Shown here: piece after piece, positions 37,313-49,410 of the stretch
Layout: the number at the start of each line of letters is the position of its first letter
How positions within the stretch are numbered: position 1 is the first letter of the stretch
Position numbers and translations under genes: made by a program
Origin: Setoptus koraiensis
Taxonomy: Eukaryota > Animalia > Arthropoda
Length of the DNA: 64,000 nt
Assembly (NCBI GenBank): GCA_048013815.1
Contig: CM106586.1
Location: 2,356,001-2,420,000, forward strand
Direction of reading: 5' to 3'
The notes under the pieces: generated by a model
What the model saw: only the letters and a program-made list of their open reading frames with translations
Database searches by the model: none
Told to the model about the DNA's origin: nothing

Positions 37313-38777
37313 AATGTCAGCTAATGAATTGAAAATATTGCATCATCATCATCCCCGTGTTGGGCGCGATATGACGGCATGTTGCCTACGGTTGCTGTCT
37401 GTCAAATGACAAATGAGCTGGCAAACAAAATGAGTCATTTAACACTTGTCATGGCTGGCCGAGGGACGAGAAAAGCTGAAAAGCTGATAAGTCAGTGTGA
37501 AAGAGCGAGAGAGAATAGGCCAGAAAGAAAGTATCTATATCTATTAATTGGCGTCTAGAAAGTAGGCAAGCCGACAAAAGAGTTCTACTCACGCCGAGAT
37601 CAAAATAGCCAATGTTCACATGGCTATTTGTTGGCATATACAACTGGCATACAATGGCATAATTGTTGGCCGCAGTCCAATCAGCGTCTTATTTAATGAG
37701 CGGCAATGAGAGGGCTAATAGTAGCACAGCTGGCTAAAATGCGTTGCCATTGTAACAGATGAGGCCAAATGCGACGACTATCAACGGTGTGAATAAGATT
37801 AATCAATGAGCAAAGATGAATGAGTTTCGAGAACAAGTGACGAACTGTCATGGCTATTGGCCTTTCTCGCGAGAGTTAAATATACATTGCACACATTAAC
37901 AAGTGCAAAGTGAAGTGTGAATTGTGTGAACTAACAATTGTCAGGCCGCTGGTCTTGGCGACAAACAACAACAGGCTCAAGTTTAGCAAGCTAGCGTGAG
38001 TGTGATGATGCTGCTGTGGCTGGCGGCATTAAATGGCTCGTTGATGCCGAGCCAACAAAAATAGACAAAAAACAAAACAAAGAAACAGATTGTTAGTGGC
38101 TTGGGTCATAATAAGACAGTGGCAGCAATAACGATCATTTTGTATGTGTTGTTATGTGCAAGTTACACAACATGTAGCGTACGAACAAACAAATATTACG
38201 TAACACAGCGTGATGCATCACTGTCATTTGGTACGGGTGTAATGTGCATGTGACCGTTGCCGATGGGGGCGCCGGTAACGGAACGACAAGTTCAGGTCGT
38301 TGTTTGCATGAGTGTGTGTGTGCTGGCTGGCTGGGTGCATTATTGTTGATATTATTGATTGCCGTTGTTGTTGGCTCACAATGTTTGCATTGCACAAAAT
38401 GATTACTTTATCTATACTCTATTGATACATATTGATAATTTAGCTATAGTTTAGCTGTAGTAATAACTGTTTTGTTATTATTGTTTGAGCTACTGTAGCA
38501 GCTAACTACTATTGCTGACTACTATCGAGCAGCGATTGCACCGACACGATCACCAATGACAGCACCGATTACGGCAACACAAGTGCCAAGTCAATGAACT
38601 TGTTGCTTGTTGATTATTACAGCATCACTCGCACTACAAATACCTGAGATGATAACAGTGCGTCTTGCGAGGAGGTGCCTTGTTTACAGGCTCCCTTGTG
38701 ACGCATATCTGGTGATATTTCAAACTTGCTAACGGATGTGCAGTTGTAAGCGACAGCAAAGAGTTGCCCAAAGTTGC

Positions 38778-38785
38778 TATATAAG
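38778..38785 (+). promoter_or_regulatory. Probable TATA box of the His/Lys-rich gene
   Basis: TATATAAG followed by initiator-like TCAGAC (38811) and TCAGTG (38822), about 280 bp upstream of the ATG at 39059. Confidence 0.45.
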
Positions 38786-39058
38786 GCCCATCGAGCGTAT
38801 CCCATGGACATCAGACAAGTTTCAGTGCTCAATCAGTGCATTTGCATCAAGCCAGTCGACAGGTAGCAACAATCACACATACCGCACAGCATACATATTG
38901 CACAATATCGCTGACAAACAAACAAACAAACAAATAGAGCAAAGTAGCGACAACAACATAGCAAATAACAACTAGCAACCATGAGCAAGCAACAACAAAC
39001 AACAAGGCGCCTAAGACAGCGATCGGGTGCACAAGCAAGCGCAACAATTAACAACAAA

Positions 39059-39442
39059 ATGGCCGCACTACTGGCCGTAGTGGTGACACTATTGGCACTG
39101 GTCAGTTATGTTGTGCTGTGCTGTCAGGCCGCCAATGACCAAGCAGCATCGTCCTCATTAGCAGTGGCTAACAATGATTTGTCTGCGGCCGCCAGCAAGC
39201 ATCACGGACACGGCGGCGGGGGCGGCGGCCACGGCAAATACTACATGTACGCCGAATCGCCCAAGAAGGGGAGCTACAAAATGGGATTCAAGCGCGGCAA
39301 CCACAAGCATACTATTGAAAGAAAGGAATCCGTGCACAAGAGCCACGTACATTCGCATTTCAAGTGGCATGACAAGAAGGGCAAGGGCTCGCACAAATTT
39401 GAATTTATGCACCACGACAAGAAGAAGAAGCACCACGGTTAA
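39059..39442 (+). CDS. 127-aa secreted His/Lys-rich protein (DLSAAAS-HHGHG...GKYYMY...GFKRGNHKH...KWHDKKGKG)
   Basis: aaaATGg start, signal peptide MAALLAVVVTLLALVSYVVLCCQA, strongly C/G-ending codons, upstream TATA and downstream AATAAA. The upstream in-frame ATG at 38981 is possible but gives a poorer signal peptide. Confidence 0.9.
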   Translation: MAALLAVVVTLLALVSYVVLCCQAANDQAASSSLAVANNDLSAAASKHHGHGGGGGGHGKYYMYAESPKKGSYKMGFKRGNHKHTIERKESVHKSHVHSHFKWHDKKGKGSHKFEFMHHDKKKKHHG

Positions 39443-39780
39443 CTTTAGAATGACCACAAACACCCGCTACGCAAGGTACCCCCCGCCCCCCTACTACTAC
39501 CACCCGCTCCTTTACCATCACTACCGCAAGAAGTGGCACTGGTACGGCTGACCGCCTCTTCGGCCGGCCGGCCCGAGACACGCAAGTTCGCCCGCGACCA
39601 CTGACCACTCACAACTACAGCAACAGACACAGCAATGGCCTGTTGTCACCAGGCCCGCTCTACGATGCCAACGCATGCACAGATGCACTTGTTTTGTACG
39701 TTTCACCGGCACTGTCGGACCCCGCTCGTTGCACCAGCCAATTGTGAGCCTAGCTAAATAATAATCATGATACAATTATC

Positions 39781-39786
39781 AATAAA
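39781..39786 (+). terminator. Candidate polyadenylation signal
   Basis: AATAAA about 340 bp downstream of the stop at 39442. Confidence 0.4.
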
Positions 39787-42700
39787 GCGATAACACACCA
39801 TTAACACACACTTGTTCTCTACCACTTGTCAGCTTGTTGAGCCTTGTGAGACACTGGCCGCCAGAGTGTGGCGGGCCGGCGATGACCGCTGCTCCGACTT
39901 GAGCCCGGTCAGATGACCGCTGGTCCGGCTCGCGCAATTGCCCAAACGTCACACATAATGATAATTTTATAATTGCGCACACACTGCAAAGTGCGCAATT
40001 ATTAAAGGTTGGCGCGCTTTCTTTCTGCGCGCCGCCGTCGTGCCCGTCGAGCCGGCCATTGTGTAATTGTGACCAATGGCCACTGTTTACTCTTGTGCGC
40101 TGTGCCGCCGGACAGCGCACAAGTTGCGACTAGTGCACAGCGCCAAACCAGTGCAACACAAGTGCTGGCCACATTAAACTGTGCCAACTGTGGCCGTAAA
40201 TGGTCAGTTGAGGGACATTCATCATCTTGCTATATGGTGTGCCTTTTTGTGTGCCGGTATAACGAGGATCGGTGTACGATATCGTCGATAGTGGTAAAAA
40301 CGTCAATGGTCAAATCGCACCGAAATGAAAATGATGCTGAAGCGGCCACTTCCTCCTCGCATGGGCATGCATACAAGTGATAACAGGCGGTTGTTGTTGT
40401 TGGCGTTGTTGGCGCAGCGAAAAGAACTTTTCATGATCAATCACTTCGCGCACACACACATACACTCATCTACTCATGATTTAATTGAAATTCCATCATC
40501 ATCAAGCACTGGCCAGTGGTCAGCGCTGGCAGCGAACGCATAGGCAGCGCTGATAGCTGGCTTCAAGGAACTGCTATTAGCACAACTTGTTGTTGTCCGA
40601 CTAACTGCTTCTACAAACACACACACACACACAACTTGCTGCAACCAAGGGAGGAGTGCTGCTGCTGCTGGCCAAAGCGAGATGCCATTCAGCGAGCCGA
40701 CTGACCACGACTGGCCGCGCCGGGCCGGCTCAATTGTGCATGTCAATGGACAGAGCGCCATTCCAACATGTTCTTTCAGGCACTGAGCCGAGCGCAGCCG
40801 GTGCCAGCTTTACAACAACAGCGCACTACAAAGTGAATTGGCCAGTCAAGTTCAGTTGTGTGTGTGTGTGTGTATGTTTAGATTTAGAAGCGGATGAGGA
40901 GCACATCCGCAGTTGGCGGTTGAAGCTATTTTCATCGGTGCCAACAACAACACAACAACATGAGATTATCGGGTTCTGTCGGCCACCACTAGTTGCTTCG
41001 GTGGACAAGTTGTTTTTTCTGCTTTTAGTTACAGCTACAGCTTGTGTGTGTGTGCCGCATGGGCTTGTTTCGAGTGTTTAGTCAAATAATGTTGCCCGCT
41101 GCCACCATGACTGGCCGGCGGAGGAGGGGCGCACACTCATTCTTTGGCCACGGTGGTTCGTGTCTCGCCCAGAATGCCCGTCCGCCGGCCGACCGTTCGC
41201 ATCCTGCAGTTAGCCGCCATAGGTACATACGTGTGTGTGTATATATGGGCAGCCAAGGCAATGAATTGATGCGCTGTCCTGCTTGTAATGGCCAAGAATT
41301 TGCACACACACACACACACACACACACCGTTCAGTATGCGTGTGGCGCACAGAGCGTAGCCAGTTTGGGCAGCAGGCGCAAATTGTGCAGAGAGCGGCCA
41401 GCAGAATGGCCAGCAGAGTGGCCAAGAGCGGCACAAGCAGAATAAGACCAGCAGCCTAAATTAGAGGAGCGATTGCACAGTTTCCCCTCATTACCGCTGA
41501 GATATGCGCGCTGAGCAACAAGCGGGAGCGTGTTTCGCGCGCACAAGTAGTGCCACTACAGTCTACATGCAGTGTGCAGTATAGTGTGCAGTACAGTGTG
41601 CAGTGCACAAGTGCAATGGCCAGCAGCAGCGTCGGCCACTGTGAGTGTATCGTCTCGAGTCGACAACCAGCGAACCATGCACTACACAGTATAGCTACAG
41701 TGAGCGAACTTATAAAGACATGTAATGCAAAGCAAGTGGGGGTAGCGGTGCCCGCTGTAGAGGCTGTTGGCTTGGAGGCAGCCCCGCCAACTGGCAGCTC
41801 AGTGGCCACGACAGTGAGTGGTAATAGTTGCTAGTTAGTTCTATGTGAGCACTTTGCTGGACGCGACTCTCAATAGAGCATCGTCGAGCACACGCACACT
41901 TTTGGAACATTTTTACACATTTGAAAATTGTACATTCACACAGACAGACAGACACACACACACACACCACAATTCGACCCACTCACAACAAGCACACACT
42001 ACGATCAGTACGATCAGTAATATCAGTATACGATAGACATTAGACGAACCATAAGCGAACCAAATCGAACTAAACAGCTCAACTTGCATTGCATCATCAG
42101 TTTGAATCGAATAATCAAATGAGCAGCGAATAAATCAACAACAGATCGAATGTCGTCAAATTGAGTCACACAACGAGCGCTATTTATTTATTCGCTACAA
42201 CTACTCGTTGCGACCAACATCAAGGCAACAAGTCTTATTATTGAATTATTATTTTCATCAATCTTTATTATTATTTATTAGAAATCTAAAATTTTAATAA
42301 TTATCAATCATATTATTATATTATTTTACACACACACACACACCATCAATTATAAATCGACTCACAATTGTCAGATAGCTCTTTTGGCACCATCACACAG
42401 TTGACAAGAGGACATTGTTGGCATCCATTTTTACACAGCGACTTACACTTATCGACACACATCAAACATCACTTATAATCCACTCAATAATAATGATACG
42501 CCAATGCTAGCCACATAATACACTAATATTACAAGCTAGTGTTCAAGTGACTCACATGTTCAACTCAATACACCGCCATACACAACTAATTCATGACTCA
42601 CCAACAAAACCAAACAACAACGACAAATATACGCACAACAGCAACAGCAACGACAACAACGAGACAAATGCTCGCTCGATACGCCTAGCTGGCTAGATCG

Positions 42701-43595
42701 TTCATCGTTATCACTCTGAGAAACCCATCGAACAGTCATACTAACAAGAGCACACAAGAGTAAAAACACACACACACATTTACATATACCACACCAGATG
42801 TATTGACTCATATACTTGCAAAGACTATCACACTTACATACAAAACACACACACTATTTGGTCCTTGTTTGCCCATTAAGCAAACAACCTGTAAAGCACA
42901 TCAGCAACAACAACAACAACTGCAACTACAACACTCAACGCTCATACTCCATAACGTCATAGCTCATCACACAAACAACGGATGTTAGACAGTGAAGCAG
43001 CAAGAGGAAGGGAGGCATACAGAAACAGACAAAATTTCACTATTCCTGGAATTATAAGTTCGAGCATCTATTTTATGAGTGCCGTCTAGGGCATGCCTTG
43101 CCTCTCTATACAGTCCATTGTAACAACTAGCAACACATTGATGTGAACATGCTAAGATGGTCCACGACAAATCTAATAATTTCTTCACTATTCATATGAA
43201 CATAACAACCACAAAAACGGCGATTACTCTCTTATCAACTTTGTTTGTGCACCAATCTCACCAATTTATTCGTTCTTCTTGCTCACCACGCTGAACTGAA
43301 ATAATTATACCCGATCATCAATACACTACATTCATCAACATATCTATCAACTTGACAACTTAAATATATTTGTAGAATTCAACAGTTGTAACGAAAACGA
43401 AACGAAATAAATTAATGTCAATTATCGTCCCCAAGAATATCTGCTGCAATGTGGTTGGACATGGTCACTTGCACCACAACTATACTCATATAGCTAATTG
43501 CTTATTACGCCCCGAAATACGAACGACCTACCGCTCTTCAATACAATAATTTGTACTGTGCGACACTAATATAAATTACTACAAAATCAATCATC

Positions 43596-43806
43596 ATGTT
43601 TATAATTAATTGTATAGTAACGTCAATTGTCCTTGTGCAAGCCATCACAATTGTGGTGGGCCAAATGCTAGCGGCTCAAAACTACCTACATCAGCAACAG
43701 TTCCAGCACATGCATCAAAACAAGCGATCCCTCAATCAACCTGTAGCCTCATCCCAGCTACCATGTCCATCAACTTGCTCTTGCAAGTGGTCCAATGGAA
43801 AACCAA
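43596..43806 (+). CDS. kek: kekkon-family LRR-Ig receptor, exon 1 (signal peptide and start of the LRR N-cap)
   Basis: MFIINCIVTSIVLVQAITIVVGQ signal, then CPSTCSCKWSNGKP matching the Kekkon CPxxCxCKWxxGK cap. Donor A|GTAAGT at 43807 (phase 1). Confidence 0.9.
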
Positions 43807-43957
43807 GTAAGTAGATGACCAACCAACAACTAAGGGGCCTATCCAACTGCAAAAAAAAATAATAACAAACAGTCACTAATAATTAGTATGACTTCAAAAA
43901 ACAGTTACTAATTATATGACCACAAATCCTAATCTATTTCATTGCTAAACGCTACAG

Positions 43958-45915
43958 GTGCTTATTGTGATAATCAAGAGTTAATGTCTATACCGAATGG
44001 TATAGATTCGGAAATTCAAGTTCTCGACTTGTCGAAGAACAACCTTCATACCCTACCCTCAAGGGTATTCCAGGAGCGCAAGCTTACAAACTTGCAGAAG
44101 GTCAATTTAAACTCTTGTAATTTAGGTACCATAGCCGAAGATGCGTTCATGCAATTAACCAATCTAGTTGAATTAGATTTATCACATAATTTGTTTACGA
44201 AAATACCCACCCAGAGTACTAAGGAATGTAAACAATTGAGAAGGTTATATTTATCACATAATCCGATAACCAGCATCGATAGGCACTCATTCTCAGCATT
44301 GAACGAATTGATAGTGCTGGATTTAGGTAACTGCCAACTAGATAACATTGAGCCTGCGGCTTTCTACGGATTAAATAACTTAAAGGAGCTCAGACTTAAT
44401 GACAACCGCTTAACTACCATCAGATTAGCGGCTGTTATTGATCTACCGCCAAATATATTAATAGATTTTACGTTTAATCCGTGGAACTGTGATTGCAACT
44501 TGAGACCTGTGCGAGAATGGTATTCGAACGGGAGTATGCAAAACAATCTGCCACCGACCTGTGCAACACCAACAAAAATAGCCGATGTACAATGGACCTC
44601 ACTCAAAGTTGAGGATTTTGCATGCGCCCCCGAGATTATACCTGGTAACAGCGATATAGTTGTACCTGCTTCAATGAACATAAGCTTATCTTGTAATGTA
44701 AAGGCATCACTACCTGTCACGTTTGTTTGGTTTCAAGATGAAAGGAATCTTTTGGCCAAAAAGAATCAGTCAGATCCACCTTCAACAACTCAACTACTTG
44801 AGGAGCGTAGATACGACATCTACGAAACAGTTGGCCCACCCAACTTTCCAAACATATCAACATCAATATTAACTTTGCACAATCTAAAACCAAGTGATAG
44901 CAGCACATTTTTGTGTTGGGTAGAAAACAAGGCTGGATACTCCATAACAAACTTTACCTTGACAGTAGTGGAGGCTGGTGCATCAGCCAATTTATGGTCG
45001 CCCTGGTCAAAGCGCATCGATGGGACACATGCACTTCTTTTTATAGTACTGGCAATATCTATATCATCAACAGTTCTTATATTAATATTATTAGCAAGGA
45101 GAAAGAAGAAAGTTGCTGATGATGATCAAGATATGAAAACTAATCCGCCAAGACCAACCAAACACTGTTCGCTGTCCTCAATGGACGACGGTGACTCTAC
45201 TTCAACAGACTCGTCAGATTCTTCAACAAGGAAGCCACAAATATCCTCTATTGGATTAGATGTTATCAAGCACATGAAAACCGGTATAATAAGCATAGAT
45301 TACCATTCAATGAGTCCGATAATACCATTCAACAATAACAACAGAAACGATCAACATACTCTAACTAGGAAGAACACCACAGAGGAACTACACATACAGC
45401 AACCTCCTGATTTCAACCATCTTTCCGGCGGTTACAATAATCAATCTGCTAATAGTTCCTACAATTGTGACCTGACAAGCAGTAGCACTACTGGTTACCA
45501 TAGTGATTATAACAGTGGTTACAGTGATGAACTCAATTCAGCTAACAATTACAATATTGCACATCACACAAACCTGGCCCATGACAATCAATATCAGCAG
45601 CACAATAATAATATAGCGGGAATGAACTCAACATTGGACCGACAGCATTTGGTCTACCACGTACCTCACTATAACACCAAGCATCATCTAAATCAACAAC
45701 CACCAGACATAACAATGATTCATGGCCGGCATGATTACAATGCACACAATTTGGCCAATGTCTATAGTCATGATTTGCCAAGCGATATGGCAATATTGAC
45801 AAATAACTCTATGATTCCTGCCAAAATCGATTCAGACATGGTGTTACCCGAATATGCAATCACCAACAGGGCAGAACATTTGTCCTCACCTCCTAACTAT
45901 TCGAATGCTGTATAA
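43958..45915 (+). CDS. kek: kekkon-family LRR-Ig receptor, exon 2 (LRRs, LRR C-cap, one Ig domain, TM, cytoplasmic tail); about 722 aa in total
   Basis: Acceptor TACAG| at 43957, 151-bp intron, junction reads GKP-S-AYC. LRRs (LTNLQKVNL, LTNLVELDLSHN), cap NPWNCDCNLRP...PPTC...EDFACAP, Ig cysteines LSCNV...FLCWVENKAG, TM ALLFIVLAISISSTVLILILLA-RRKKK. The paralogue (kek1/2/5...) cannot be assigned. Confidence 0.95.
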
Positions 45916-46095
45916 TGTTTGCAATGTACAACTTGAATATACACTATAGAAAATTTTACTAAATACTTTTTTACATGTTTGACTAAGCGAATTCAATTCT
46001 ACTTTAAGTGCATTTGTGAATGCTCGAGCATTTATACCATTTAAATAACGAGCAATTGAACACAATTTAGTGAGCCCTATTACTACCCTAGAGAA

Positions 46096-46101
46096 AATAA
46101 A
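46096..46101 (+). terminator. Candidate polyadenylation signal of kek
   Basis: AATAAA about 180 bp after the stop, followed by a T-rich tract. Confidence 0.4.
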
Positions 46102-46153
46102 GTTTGTCATTTTTTTATCGATTTTTATTACAATATTCACAAAAAGAGTAGCA

Positions 46154-46653
46154 NNNNNNNNNNNNNNNNNNNNNNNNNNNNNNNNNNNNNNNNNNNNNNN
46201 NNNNNNNNNNNNNNNNNNNNNNNNNNNNNNNNNNNNNNNNNNNNNNNNNNNNNNNNNNNNNNNNNNNNNNNNNNNNNNNNNNNNNNNNNNNNNNNNNNNN
46301 NNNNNNNNNNNNNNNNNNNNNNNNNNNNNNNNNNNNNNNNNNNNNNNNNNNNNNNNNNNNNNNNNNNNNNNNNNNNNNNNNNNNNNNNNNNNNNNNNNNN
46401 NNNNNNNNNNNNNNNNNNNNNNNNNNNNNNNNNNNNNNNNNNNNNNNNNNNNNNNNNNNNNNNNNNNNNNNNNNNNNNNNNNNNNNNNNNNNNNNNNNNN
46501 NNNNNNNNNNNNNNNNNNNNNNNNNNNNNNNNNNNNNNNNNNNNNNNNNNNNNNNNNNNNNNNNNNNNNNNNNNNNNNNNNNNNNNNNNNNNNNNNNNNN
46601 NNNNNNNNNNNNNNNNNNNNNNNNNNNNNNNNNNNNNNNNNNNNNNNNNNNNN
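46154..46653. other. Assembly gap (500 N)
   Basis: Run of exactly 500 N, a round number typical of a scaffolding placeholder. Confidence 0.99.
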
Positions 46654-46840
46654 ATTCACAATAGTCGAAATCATCCATGTGTGTGGGTGTGTTATTTTAT
46701 TTTAATAGTGTGTAACTATCCCTACTTATTGGCTAATATTGGCTTGGTGTTGTTGTTGTTATTGTTGTTGCTTGCTCTAGATTCTACTCTAGATGTGATA
46801 ATAATACTAGCGATATGGGTGCAGATGGGTAAAGATGCAA

Positions 46841-46900
46841 ATGATGATGAGGATGATGATGATGATGATGATGACGACGACGACGACGATAATAATAATA
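46841..46900. repeat. Compound (GAT)n(GAC)n(AAT)n microsatellite
   Basis: Direct reading. Confidence 0.9.
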
Positions 46901-47300
46901 ATTAAAATAATAAAAAATGTTAATGAATATGCAGCTACAGGGATAGTAATATTGTGTGATATTGTTATCTAATATCAGCGCTATTAATAGTAGCAATACT
47001 ATTACAATTGAATTGTTGGTGATATTGTAATAATAATAATAATAATAATATAGTGATAATAGTAATAGTATCAACAGCTCTAATGTTAATAATAATATCA
47101 TTGATTTTGACTATTCGTGTGCTTTTGTGTCTTGCCGTGTGTGGATATTCGTGTGTGTGTGATTGAGTGAGCGAGTGAGCGAGCGAGTGAGTGTGTGTGC
47201 GTGCGTGCGTGTGTGTTCTGTGCTATGCGAGTTAGTGAATGTGAGAGTAAGCGAGTGCAAGTGGATACAAATTGGGTTGTCGTCGACATTCGATTCTTCT

Positions 47301-47304
<4 letters not shown>

Positions 47305-47364
<60 letters not shown>
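47305..47364. repeat. (TG)30 microsatellite
   Basis: Longest pure dinucleotide run noticed in the window. Many shorter (TG/CA)n runs are not listed individually. Confidence 0.95.
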
Positions 47365-47375
<11 letters not shown>

Positions 47376-47835
47376 AAGTGTGTTAAGCGAGTCTTGAGTT
47401 TGCGCGACTTTCTTTATCTTTGTGCGTGTCTCTCCTCTCTCTTTCTCTCTTGCCAGCAAATTGCAGGCTGCAATAATATTCTAGTCAATAGCAGGCATAG
47501 TGGCGAGCGCTGTGCCTGTATGATACAGCCTGTATGTGTCTGTGGGTGAATCTAGGCTTGCGTATAGACAGCAGCAATGGCGACGACTTTCTGTAAACAT
47601 GTAAATATTCGACAACGACGACGACTCTGACGACGCTGACGGGGAATTATCAAGCAAAGTAGCAAACTCACACTTGTAAACAGTGTGCGCAGTTCAAACT
47701 CCCCGAATCAGGAATAATGGGCCTAATTGTGTATACGATTGCAACAGCCTACACAGCTCAAGTTCAACTAGCTCATTGGACCGAGCGAGTGGATGATGTA
47801 AGCGCAATATGAGCCGTAAATCGAACGAATGGACT

Positions 47836-47880
<45 letters not shown>

Positions 47881-49376
47881 CAAAAGTGATGCCAAATGGC
47901 ACTAGAATTAATTCCCACCCCCCTGCCTCCACGATCTGCCCGCCACTCGGTCTGGGTGCGTTGGGGCATCGCGCGCACATCGACGCTCGCCCGCGAGCAC
48001 TAAGAGGGAAAAATCCCAGATTGGGGGTCATGTGCATTGGTTAGCTTCTTGTTGTGTTTGTGTGCAGTAATTATGCGCTCGCAAATGCACATAAAGTAAG
48101 TTGTGTCAGTGGCTTTGCTAGAGCCACCGGTCAGTGTGCGTTTATTGGCTCAACTTTCGCTCTGCCCAAGGAGCCCAGCCCTGGATGAATCGATGAAGGG
48201 CGACCGAAGTGGTACTGGCATATATCGCTGATTACTCTTACTGTACTATCATAGTTTATATGAACTATATCATGTGTGCTGTTGTGTCGCCTTGACTGTG
48301 CAGAGCGCACTGCAGCATACATTTTCAAAAGTGCACACTGTACTATGAGTATTATGTCGTCGCAACTCTCGCCGAGCTCACTCACTGCGTATGATTTGGC
48401 ACGGCCCAGCTCACTTTGGCTCATAATGTCAGCTCGGCTCGCGAAGCTTGTGCGCGGCCAATTGAACGTAGTGTGCGTTGTTGTTGCGCCCAGACATGAC
48501 GACTACTCGCAAGCACGCACTCACGACGCACGCATTCACCTGTGCACCATTTTCGCGCTCACATTGGGACAAACTGTGCACCCATCTGAGCAATCACACA
48601 TTCTAATACACACACACACACACACACTAACTTGCACTGTGTAAGTTACACACACAAGCACACAGGCATGTCATCGCCATTACACTAAATATTTGGACGG
48701 TGGAAAGATAAAAATGCCTACCCTCTGTGCGCAGAACTGAGCGGCAAATTTGATTTCCAGTTCTGCGCACAGGGGGGTAAGCACTAGTTTTTGTGTGGGA
48801 GCAGTTCACAATATCGTCTAGACGAGTATACGTAACACACACACACATTAATAACATACCTTTACACTAGCAATGAATAGCGCAACGCCAGACCGTGGTT
48901 AGACCGTGCGTTGCGCTGGTGTGTGAAGGGCGCACAATTCAAACGTTCTTTAGGGACAATTTTTGCGAAGTGACGACTCTTCGTCATGTGCAGCCAGTGG
49001 CAAGGCGACACGATAATATAGTTGCTAGTTGTTTATGATGAGACAGTTTTCATCTCTGCAAATTCATGATCATCACAGTCAATCACAGTAGCTGCCACGA
49101 CTGTACTGTTTATAATATACTACTCTACAATAATCAGCCGGTCTTTGTAGCAAGCAACAGAATAAACAATACTCACTCGATGCAACAATGTTATGCAAGC
49201 CGCTGGGTATTATCGCTAGCCAGCGAACTAGTCAGTCAGTGAGCCAGAGAGTATTGCGACTTATAAACAACGCAGAGATGATGAAACTTTCATTACGCTT
49301 CATATATAATAACAAATATCAAGTGAATAGACTGATTATCGGTGCTGATTGCAATCACCACATCCCATTGCATCAC

Positions 49377-49410
<34 letters not shown>

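Noticed and set aside
40009-40380. ORF ending NDAEAATSSSHGHAYK, reminiscent of the DLxAAAS-HGH motif
   Set aside because: TTG start, no signal peptide, weak donor and no downstream module exon found. Probably coincidence.
45886-46705. Long ORFs of 187-262 aa spanning the N run
   Set aside because: Artefacts of translating Ns as X.
47098-47549. (CV)n and (HT)n ORFs, and similar ones at 1548, 28270, 41082, 47768 and 51252
   Set aside because: Translations of dinucleotide and trinucleotide microsatellites.
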